Shown: in pieces, positions 8,453-16,223 of the stretch
Layout of the letters: the number at the start of each line of letters is the position of its first letter
How positions within the stretch are numbered: the stretch's first letter is position 1
NCBI GenBank assembly: GCA_041561855.1
Contig: JBFEYZ010000001.1
Span: 1 to 36,400 of the forward strand
From: Sulfurimonas sp.
Lineage (GTDB): Bacteria; Campylobacterota; Campylobacteria; Campylobacterales; Sulfurimonadaceae
DNA length: 36,400 bases
Reading direction: 5' to 3'
Notes under the pieces: generated by a model
The model's database searches: none
What the model was told of the DNA's origin: nothing
Seen by the model: the letters and a program-made list of their open reading frames with translations, nothing else
Program-made: the position numbers and the translations under genes

Positions 8453-9557
8453 TAACAATCTCTGTTATCTCTGAGCTTGCACCGAGCCTCATTGGCGGTC
8501 CCCAGAAGCCGGTTCCTTTGTTTACGTATATCTGCAGAGATTGATTGTGTCGATGCAGTCCGCTTACATAAGGTTGTTGGAGTTGGACCAAAAACTTAAA
8601 AGGGTAGAGCTGTCCGCCGTGAGTATGCCCGCTTAGCATCAGATCAACTCCGCTCTCAACTTCGTAAATGAATCTCGGCTGATGTGCCAAAAGAAGCGTT
8701 GGAGCCTCTCTGGTGTTTTTTAGAGCTTTTTGCAGGTTAGGTATATATTTTTTGGCTCTGTATCCAAAGATGTCGTAAACACCCGCAAGATTAAATCCTC
8801 TTCCATCTTCTCCTATGTAAACATTCTCATTTTCCAAAACTTGTATGCCAAGAGATTTTACGGCAGATATTATTTTTTCTATATTATGAAAATATTCATG
8901 ATTTCCGACTATAAAGTATGTTCCGTATTGTGAGTTTAGCTTTGCAAGTTCGTCAAGCGCCTCTTTTGCGCTCAAGACGTCTACGTCTATAAGATCGCCG
9001 GTGATGACCACAATATCTGGAGTAAGAGCATTTGCTTTTTGAACAATATCTTCTATAAAACCTTTATCGATTAAGCCTCCTATATGCAGATCGCTTAACT
9101 GAACGATCTTGTATGACTCTTTTAGCTCTTTGATCTCTATTTCTACTTTTTGAATCTCTACATATTTTGCATTATGAATAGATTTAAGCGTAAGTATAGC
9201 TGCTGCAGCAACAGATGAGACGTCGAGCGTTTTTTTTAAAAATCTTCTTCTTGACTCTGAGATTGGTGTGAGGAAAAGAAGCACTCTTGAAATGTCGTAA
9301 ACGACTGCACTCAAAAAGAGCAGAAACAGTATGCCGATAGGAACGGAAAAGAGAAAATAGAGCCAGCCTGGAGTATTTATATAGTATCTTGCTAGCATAT
9401 AACACAAGATACCGACTAGGTTTATGATAAGAAATATACGCAGATAGAATTTGCTTTTATCGCTTATATCGAGCTTGGCGACAAGTCTTTTTGATATATA
9501 CATGTTAAGCAGGATAAAAACACCTATAAAGGCAGTGAAAAAGAGTATGTAGTTCAT
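8439..9557 (-). CDS. Membrane-anchored calcineurin-like metallophosphoesterase (YkuE/YaeI-like)
   Basis: SDLH, TGDLID, GNHE, LLAHQP, SGHTHGGQ, GTGFWGPPMRLG; three N-terminal TM helices. Confidence 0.93.
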   Translation of the reverse strand: MNYILFFTAFIGVFILLNMYISKRLVAKLDISDKSKFYLRIFLIINLVGILCYMLARYYINTPGWLYFLFSVPIGILFLLFLSAVVYDISRVLLFLTPISESRRRFLKKTLDVSSVAAAAILTLKSIHNAKYVEIQKVEIEIKELKESYKIVQLSDLHIGGLIDKGFIEDIVQKANALTPDIVVITGDLIDVDVLSAKEALDELAKLNSQYGTYFIVGNHEYFHNIEKIISAVKSLGIQVLENENVYIGEDGRGFNLAGVYDIFGYRAKKYIPNLQKALKNTREAPTLLLAHQPRFIYEVESGVDLMLSGHTHGGQLYPFKFLVQLQQPYVSGLHRHNQSLQIYVNKGTGFWGPPMRLGASSEITEIVIKPL

Positions 9558-9600
9558 CTCAGAAGTATATCGAAATTGAAAAAATGTTATTATTCTTTTT

Positions 9601-10251
9601 ATGAAAAAATGTAAAATTTGTGACGGTGCAACAACCTCTATAACAGATACTAAAACCCAAAAAACATATCATAAATGTCCGAAATGCAGCTATATTTTTT
9701 TGGATGAAACTTTTTACGTGGATGAAGAGCGAGAAAAGAGGCATTACGATAAACATCACAACAGTTTTGAATCTCTTGGTTACGTAAAGATGTTTGAAGA
9801 ACTCATAGAGGAGTTTGTGTCTCCATACATGCAAGAGATAAAAACAGCGCTTGATTTTGGATGCGGAGAGGGTGAGGTTCTGCCGATTTTATTGGAGAAT
9901 GGTGGCGTCGAATGTGACAGATATGACCTTTTTTACTTTCCCAAAAAGGTTTATGAGGGCAAAAAATATGATCTCATCCTCTCTACCGAGGTTTTTGAAC
10001 ATCTATCCTCCCCGCTTGAGATCCTAAAAAAACTGCTTTTGCACTTGAACAAAGATGGATATATTATTTTAATGAGCGCCTTTCATCCTGATAACGACGA
10101 TGAGTTTTTTAAATGGTGGTACATAAGGGATGTAACGCATATAGGTTTTTTTAATATGAAAACTTTTGAGTATATTGCACAGACCCTCGGTCTTGCAATA
10201 ATTAAACATAACTTTAAAAATATAATTCTTTTTCAAAACAGAGAAGTTTAA
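9601..10251 (+). CDS. Class I SAM-dependent methyltransferase with N-terminal CxxC...CxxC putative zinc ribbon
   Basis: CKIC and CPKC; ALDFGCGEG; YDLILSTEVFEHL; WWYIRDVTHI. Confidence 0.88.
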   Translation: MKKCKICDGATTSITDTKTQKTYHKCPKCSYIFLDETFYVDEEREKRHYDKHHNSFESLGYVKMFEELIEEFVSPYMQEIKTALDFGCGEGEVLPILLENGGVECDRYDLFYFPKKVYEGKKYDLILSTEVFEHLSSPLEILKKLLLHLNKDGYIILMSAFHPDNDDEFFKWWYIRDVTHIGFFNMKTFEYIAQTLGLAIIKHNFKNIILFQNREV

Positions 10252-10298
10252 AAAGAAATAGAGGCTATACTCTGTCAAAAATATGTCAAGGATTAAAA

Positions 10299-10928
10299 AT
10301 GAAAAACGTTATTATCTCTGCACTAGTGGTACTCTTTGCTGCTTCAGGTGTTAATGCAAGCCAGAAAAGCGGATGCGAACTTGCTCAGGTAGGCGCTGTT
10401 GAAGTCAGTTGGACCGGTTATAAAACTCCTAAAAAAGTAGGTGTGGGCGGGGTTTTTGATAGTGTAGTTTATACACCGGCTGCAAAGAGCGGAGAGAATT
10501 TCCGCTCAATTCTGGTAGGTTCATCTGTTGTTATCGACTCTTCAAGCGTAAACTCAAAAAATGAGGGACGCGACGAGAAGTTGGCTAAATTTTTCTTCGG
10601 CATGATGCAGGACAAAAACATTAACGCGAAGATAGTGGATATAAAAGCTGACAAAAGAGTAAAAGATGCACCGAGAACAGGCGTTGTAAGTGTAGAGATA
10701 GAGATGAACGGCGTTAAAAAAACAGTTCCTATGACATATAGTTTCAGTGATAATATCTTTGAGGCAAAAGGTACGATCGATATTTTAGACTTCAGTGCAG
10801 CCAATGCTCTTTCATCTATCAACAAGGCGTGTTTTGACCTTCATGAGGGAAAAACATGGAGCGAAGCAGGGATAGCATTTAAAACTAAGATAGAAGCTAT
10901 TCTTTGCAATGTTAAACCGCTAAAATAG
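10299..10928 (+). CDS. YceI-family periplasmic lipid/polyisoprenoid-binding protein
   Basis: Signal peptide; WTGYKT..K.GVGGVF, SVNSKNEGRDEKL..FF, MNGVKK, CFDLHEGKTWS; SD AAGGA. Confidence 0.85.
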   Translation: MKNVIISALVVLFAASGVNASQKSGCELAQVGAVEVSWTGYKTPKKVGVGGVFDSVVYTPAAKSGENFRSILVGSSVVIDSSSVNSKNEGRDEKLAKFFFGMMQDKNINAKIVDIKADKRVKDAPRTGVVSVEIEMNGVKKTVPMTYSFSDNIFEAKGTIDILDFSAANALSSINKACFDLHEGKTWSEAGIAFKTKIEAILCNVKPLK

Positions 10929-10954
10929 TAAAGTCGGCATTGCGGAAGGTGCCC

Positions 10955-10977
10955 CAAATCTGGCAAAGCTAGATTTG
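10955..10977. repeat. Inverted repeat / hairpin between convergent yceI-like and pdxA genes
   Basis: CAAATCTGGC-AAA-GCTAGATTTG, a 10-bp stem with one G-U pair; no adjacent poly-T tract. Confidence 0.6.
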
Positions 10978-11014
10978 ACCCATCCGTTGCAGAATCATTC
11001 GCTTCGTATAGTTA

Positions 11015-11938
11015 TTAAATACGTGCAGCGAAATTGATTGCACTCTTGATTGCATTTATGTAGCTAAGAGTGTTTGCTTTGCCTTTGTAGGCTATATCAA
11101 AAGCGGTTCCGTGATCTACGGATGTCCTGATAATAGGCAGGTTGAGTGAGACGTTGATGCTCTCGTCAAAATAGAGCGCTTTTAGAGGTGCCAACCCTTG
11201 GTCATGATACATTGCCGCAAAATATCTATACTTCTCTCTAAAATGCGGTGTAAATGCGGTATCGGGCACAACAGGGCCTATGAACTGTTCAAAGCCTATC
11301 TTTTTGTTAGCACTCTTTATCGCTTTTGTAATTCTTAGTTCTTCGTCTCCAAGTACACCGTTGTCACCTGCATGTGGGTTAAGTCCAAGAACTGCTATGC
11401 TCTCTTTTGGTATCGATGCATGAAGATCTAAAAAGAACTGTTTTAATTTTTTATACTGAACTGCAGAAGCGACGTCTTTTAAAGGAATATGCTCGGTAAA
11501 GAGAGCTACAAACATCTTCTCGCATCCAAGCATCATAATGGCATCTTTTTTGAAGTAATCCCGAAGCATATCGGTATGTCCTTTGTAGTTCAATCCAGAG
11601 AGCATCCAGGCCTCTTTATGAATAGGCATAGTCACTACCGCGTCTGCTTTTTTTCCCTCACAAAGTTTGACGGCGCTTAAAAATGAGTCGTAGGAGTATC
11701 TTCCAGCATTTTTATCTACGCAACCCTCTTTTATATTGAAGTTCCCATCAACCTCGTGCAGTATAAAATCGGATGGAACATCAACATCCAAAAGTTGGCA
11801 GGCCTGGTCTAGCATATATGAGTTTATGCAGTAGATAGGAGTACAAATTGAGGAGATATCTTTGTGGGCTCTGAGAGCTATCTCTATGCCGACACCGTTT
11901 AGATCGCCTATACTGACTGCAATACGGGGTTTGTTCAT
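11015..11938 (-). CDS. pdxA: 4-hydroxythreonine-4-phosphate dehydrogenase
   Basis: GDLNGVGIE, PIHK, GHTD, GLNPHAGD, MYHDQGL, IRTSVDHGTAFDIA; overlaps the pdxJ stop by 4 bp. Confidence 0.97.
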   Translation of the reverse strand: MNKPRIAVSIGDLNGVGIEIALRAHKDISSICTPIYCINSYMLDQACQLLDVDVPSDFILHEVDGNFNIKEGCVDKNAGRYSYDSFLSAVKLCEGKKADAVVTMPIHKEAWMLSGLNYKGHTDMLRDYFKKDAIMMLGCEKMFVALFTEHIPLKDVASAVQYKKLKQFFLDLHASIPKESIAVLGLNPHAGDNGVLGDEELRITKAIKSANKKIGFEQFIGPVVPDTAFTPHFREKYRYFAAMYHDQGLAPLKALYFDESINVSLNLPIIRTSVDHGTAFDIAYKGKANTLSYINAIKSAINFAARI

Positions 11939-12717
11939 CTTGAGGTTAGTCGTTTCATCTCTTTTACCGCGTCAGCAAGGCCGCTAAATACGCTTCTTGC
12001 AACAATGCTCTGACCTATGTTTAGTTCAGTAATCTCTGCGATCTTCATCATCTCATGCACATTATGATAGTTTAGTCCGTGCCCGGCTGCAACTTCCAGA
12101 CCTATTTTTTTGGCGTGTTTTGCAGCTGCAGTGATGTCTGCAATGGATTTTTCAAGCTTGATAGCAAGAATATTTCTAGGAAGCTCAAGCTCTTTTACTG
12201 AGTGGTTTGAATATGAGAGCGATGAGTTTAGCATAGCAAAGATATTTGCAAATGTTCCGGTATGAAGCTCTACCATCTCGGCACCGAGTTTTTTTGACAT
12301 CTCAACCGCTTCTATTGTAGGGTCTATAAAGAGCGAAACAGGAATAAGGTAGTCGTGTAAAAGTTCTGTCGCATAGGCTATCTCATCTTCATAGCCAAAC
12401 ACGTCAAGCCCGCCCTCTGTAGTGACTTCTTCTCTCTTTTCAGGTACCAAAGTCGCACGATGCGGTTTTAAATCCGTTACAATGTTTAAAATATCTCTGT
12501 TGATGGAGCACTCCAGATTGACTGGGAGCGCCGAGTGCCTCATAATATTGTAGGCATCGATATCTTGTATATGACGTCTGTCTTCTCTTAGGTGTATCGT
12601 TATCTGATCAGCACCATTGGCACAGGCGACGTGAAGTGCATTTAAGATGTCGGGATCATTGACGCGTCTAGCTTCTCTTAAAACTGCCACATGGTCAATA
12701 TTTACGCCAAGTTTCAT
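11935..12717 (-). CDS. pdxJ: Pyridoxine 5'-phosphate synthase
   Basis: LGVNIDHVAVLREAR, ITIHLREDRRHI, LVPEKREEVTTEGG, ELHTG, AGHGL, ELNIGQSIVAR. Confidence 0.98.
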   Translation of the reverse strand: MKLGVNIDHVAVLREARRVNDPDILNALHVACANGADQITIHLREDRRHIQDIDAYNIMRHSALPVNLECSINRDILNIVTDLKPHRATLVPEKREEVTTEGGLDVFGYEDEIAYATELLHDYLIPVSLFIDPTIEAVEMSKKLGAEMVELHTGTFANIFAMLNSSLSYSNHSVKELELPRNILAIKLEKSIADITAAAKHAKKIGLEVAAGHGLNYHNVHEMMKIAEITELNIGQSIVARSVFSGLADAVKEMKRLTSR

Positions 12718-12725
12718 CTGGCAGA

Positions 12726-12830
12726 CTACTTGCTTCTATGTAGAGGATGCTGATAGTCATTTCTCTCACATGCGCTGAAAGTAGTTATAGTAGAAAGTGT
12801 TAATACAGCCATTAAAACAAATCTTTTCAT
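12726..12830 (-). CDS. Small predicted lipoprotein, 34 aa: MKRFVLMAVLTLSTITTFSACERNDYQHPLHRSK (not in the ORF track)
   Basis: Translated by hand. SD-like AAGGAA just upstream; basic n-region, hydrophobic h-region, lipobox FSA-C21; fills the yyaL-pdxJ gap with 10-bp and 8-bp spacers. Confidence 0.72.
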   Translation of the reverse strand: MKRFVLMAVLTLSTITTFSACERNDYQHPLHRSK

Positions 12831-12840
12831 CTTAATTCCT

Positions 12841-14775
12841 TTAAAAACTTTTTTGGATTATATCATTGATTCTGTTAATATCATCTGTGTTTGCAAAGCA
12901 GCTTTTATCTCCGCAAACCATAAAGTTTTCATTATCAGAGGCTTTTTTATGGATGAACGGATACTCCATATATGCCAGCTCAGCCGTGTTTGATTCCAAG
13001 TTTTTTTGGCTTGATTTTATGACTCTGTCACCCTTTAAATATCTCAGCATCTGGCGTAGCATATAAGGGTAGATTACTGGGCGTCTGCCAAGTTCGTAGG
13101 AGTTGTACTCCATAGTCTTGAATGCAAAGTGGCTGTATTTGTCATCTTCTAAAAGCGTTCCGAGTGAGAGCAGGACATCAATCATAATAGAAACAGGACT
13201 TGTGTATGTGTTGTCGGAGATCTCGGCTTTTGTCTCAAACTCTCCTACGCTGAATTTCCATGTTCCTCTATCGTAGAACTTTTCCAAGGCTAAATTTGCA
13301 AAATGCTGTGCACGGATAAGATGTAGTTCATCTTGTGTAGCTTCAAAGGCTTCTATGAGCGCTTGAGCCAAAAATGCATAATCCTCTAAAAATGCCTCTA
13401 CCTTTGGGGTTTTATGGATTAGCGTAGTGTGGTATAGTTTTCCGTCTATAAACATCGTTTCAAGAAGCGCATCTAAGCTCTTTATAGCATTTTGAGTATA
13501 TGACCTGTCAATTTTCCCTAGGTTGAACAGAGCCTTTATCATCATGCTCGACCATGAGGTCTGTACCTTTTTGTCAATAAACGGATACTCTCTTTCAGCT
13601 CTTAACCCTCTTAGCAGAAATTTTATATTTTCAAAATCTTTTGGTATATTCTCGCCGTTTAATCTGACAATGTTTTTGCCTTCAAAATTGCCATCTTCGC
13701 TGATGCTGAGCATATCTAAAATCTCATCGATATTGCTGTATCCTTTCTCAGAGAGGAGTTTATATACTTCATTATAGTCGTACGTAAAATATGTTCCCTC
13801 TTCACCTTCGCTGTCGGCATCGCTCGCACTGTAAAATAGAGCATCTTCGCTCATATGGTTATACCAAAAATCTGCACACTCTTTTGCAGTGTCCAAAAAG
13901 CTCTCGTCACTGTATGTCAAGTAGGCATTTGTGTATATTTCACAAAGCAGGGCATTATCGTAGAGCATCTTTTCAAAGTGAGGGACAAGCCACTTGTCAT
14001 CAACGGAGTAACGGCAATATCCGCCGTCAACAAGGTCATACATGCCGCCTTTTTTCATATTTTGCAGGGTATTTATAACCATGGCTTTTGCCGCTTTGTC
14101 ATCGTATAGCTTGTCTATTACAATAAGCGTTCCAAGCGTGCTGGCATGAGGAAATTTTGGAGCGACCGAGAAACCGCCGTAGAGCGGGTCGTAGTTGTTC
14201 TTTACCTGAAGCATAAAGTTTTTTACAAAATCCTCTTTTAAGACAGTAGCTTCTTTAGGGTGTTCCTTGTGGTTTAAAAAACTCTCTATCTCATCGGCAT
14301 TTTTAAGCAGCTGCTCATCTCTTGAAGAGACTTTGTCAGCTATAAGCTTGGTAAGTTCAATAAAGCCCATTCCCTCGATGCTTCCCTCTCTGGACTCTGG
14401 CGGTATGTATGTTCCTGCAAAAAACGGTTTGTTTTCAGGTGTACAGAAGATTGAAGTCGGCCAGCCTCCTGCGCGGCGGTTTAGCATCATATACACCTCT
14501 TGGTAGTGCTTGTCGATGTCCGGGCGCTCTTCGCGGTCTACTTTTATGCAGATAAAGCTCTCGTTTAATATATCTGCACACTCCTTGTTCTCGAATACTT
14601 TCTCCTCCATAACGTGGCACCAGTGGCATGAACTGTAACCTATAGATATAAATATGGCTTTGTTCTCTTCTTTTGCCCTTAGAAACGCTTCATCGCACCA
14701 CGGATACCAATCAACAGGATTGTCCTTATGCTGCTGAAGGTATGGTGAATCTTCTGATTTTAATCTGTTTGACAT
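12841..14775 (-). CDS. YyaL/SSP411-family thioredoxin-domain protein (DUF255)
   Basis: [73 protein letters not shown]. Confidence 0.94.
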   Translation of the reverse strand: MSNRLKSEDSPYLQQHKDNPVDWYPWCDEAFLRAKEENKAIFISIGYSSCHWCHVMEEKVFENKECADILNESFICIKVDREERPDIDKHYQEVYMMLNRRAGGWPTSIFCTPENKPFFAGTYIPPESREGSIEGMGFIELTKLIADKVSSRDEQLLKNADEIESFLNHKEHPKEATVLKEDFVKNFMLQVKNNYDPLYGGFSVAPKFPHASTLGTLIVIDKLYDDKAAKAMVINTLQNMKKGGMYDLVDGGYCRYSVDDKWLVPHFEKMLYDNALLCEIYTNAYLTYSDESFLDTAKECADFWYNHMSEDALFYSASDADSEGEEGTYFTYDYNEVYKLLSEKGYSNIDEILDMLSISEDGNFEGKNIVRLNGENIPKDFENIKFLLRGLRAEREYPFIDKKVQTSWSSMMIKALFNLGKIDRSYTQNAIKSLDALLETMFIDGKLYHTTLIHKTPKVEAFLEDYAFLAQALIEAFEATQDELHLIRAQHFANLALEKFYDRGTWKFSVGEFETKAEISDNTYTSPVSIMIDVLLSLGTLLEDDKYSHFAFKTMEYNSYELGRRPVIYPYMLRQMLRYLKGDRVIKSSQKNLESNTAELAYMEYPFIHKKASDNENFMVCGDKSCFANTDDINRINDIIQKSF

Positions 14776-14854
14776 TTTTAGTTCTTTATAAATGATTTTT
14801 TGTAGAGTAGAGAAATGTTACTAATATTGCGCTTAAAAAAAATCTTAGACCTAT

Positions 14855-16054
14855 TCAAACGCACTCGCCTTTAAAGTATTTTTTGAGCAAAAACGGAGGA
14901 AGAACAGTCGTCACTACTATTACAAATATGAGCATTGCATATATATCGTTTGGCAAAATTGCATTTACTCTCCCCATCTCCGCAAATATCAGACCAACTT
15001 CCCCCCTCGGTACCATTGATATTCCTATAAGTGCATTGTTTCTGATGCATTTTTGTATGATGAAAAATGCTCCGATAAATTTGCTAAAGAAGGCTATAAA
15101 GATAAATGAGAGCCCCATTACCCAAAAAGAGGTAGATGAAAAATCAATGATACTAAGATCCACTGAGAGCCCGACCATAACAAAAAATATAGGGGTGAAT
15201 ATTTGAATGATAGGCGTCATATTTGATTTCACCTCTTTTAGCAGAGGTTCGTTTGTGCTTAAAAATGCTCCAAAAGGCAGAAAAAATCTTCTAGAGAGCG
15301 CAATGCCTGCTGCAAATGAGCCGAGTATTGCAGGAGCACCTACCAGATGCGAAAGGTATGAGAAGAGAAGAATAAGCGAGATTATTATCGTTGGTATATA
15401 CCCTGGCACCATATGGTTGCCGTGAAATTTATGAATAGCATAGGAGATGATCTTTGCAAAAGCGGGCGCAAGAAGTAAAAATGTAACAACCATCCCCGCA
15501 ACTGAGAGCGTATGTTCAAAGTTTGTTTCATGAGAGACAGAGAAATCGTATATAAAAACAAGAAGTATGATCCCTATAACGTCATCAATAACTGCGGCAC
15601 CGATCACTATCTGAGCAATATTGGTATCTTCCATATGTATATCTCTAAGCACTCTAAGAGTTATGCCTATACTCGTAGCTGTAAGTGTTCCGCCTACAAA
15701 AAGAGAGATGTCAAAAGCAAGCCCAAAGAGGTGGTGTGCCGTAAAAAAACCGAAGCTAAAAGGCAGGATAACGCCTAAAAGTGCAACTATAAGAGATTTT
15801 GACCCCGCATCTTTTAGGCGTGTAAAGTCGGTTTCTAAGCCGACTTCAAAAAGAAGCAGGATTATACCGATCTCTGCCAATATCTTCAGTACCTCGTTTG
15901 GCTCTACGACGCCAAGAACGGAGGCACCAAGCAGAATGCCGGCGGAGAGTTCGCCAAGAACGGATGGTATTCCCGCTCTTGCAAAAAGTTCGCCTAATAT
16001 CCTTGCAGCTATCAATATAAGAAATAGTGTTAAAAAAAAGTTATGTACTTCCAT
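14855..16054 (-). CDS. Cation:proton antiporter (CPA2, NapA-like)
   Basis: Many TM helices; LAEIG..LLLFEVGLE, TATSIGIT, GAAVIDDVIG, MVPRGEVGLIFA. Confidence 0.92.
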   Translation of the reverse strand: MEVHNFFLTLFLILIAARILGELFARAGIPSVLGELSAGILLGASVLGVVEPNEVLKILAEIGIILLLFEVGLETDFTRLKDAGSKSLIVALLGVILPFSFGFFTAHHLFGLAFDISLFVGGTLTATSIGITLRVLRDIHMEDTNIAQIVIGAAVIDDVIGIILLVFIYDFSVSHETNFEHTLSVAGMVVTFLLLAPAFAKIISYAIHKFHGNHMVPGYIPTIIISLILLFSYLSHLVGAPAILGSFAAGIALSRRFFLPFGAFLSTNEPLLKEVKSNMTPIIQIFTPIFFVMVGLSVDLSIIDFSSTSFWVMGLSFIFIAFFSKFIGAFFIIQKCIRNNALIGISMVPRGEVGLIFAEMGRVNAILPNDIYAMLIFVIVVTTVLPPFLLKKYFKGECV

Positions 16055-16180
16055 ACCAAATTGTACAACATTTATTTGTTAGGGTTTTAATGTAAGATGT
16101 TTTTTTACATTTTTTTATACTTTTAAAAGCACTCAAAAGCTCACAGTACCCTATGATTTAAGCTACTTGTTAAATTTTAG

Positions 16181-16190
16181 CATTATAATG
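16181..16190. promoter_or_regulatory. Palindromic -10 element (CATTATAATG) between divergent genes
   Basis: Gives TATAAT on + (16184-16189) and on - (16182-16187). Confidence 0.45.
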
Positions 16191-16223
16191 ATTAAGTATA
16201 TTACATTATCTCAAGCGGTGTGA

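Noticed and set aside
10955-10990. GGCAAAGC resembling part of a c-di-GMP-I riboswitch
   Set aside because: It lies between convergent 3' ends and lacks the GNRA tetraloop/receptor arrangement.
14610-14632. CHWCH (CxxCH) as a heme c site in the 644-aa protein
   Set aside because: This is the conserved thioredoxin-like motif of the cytoplasmic YyaL family, and there is no signal peptide.
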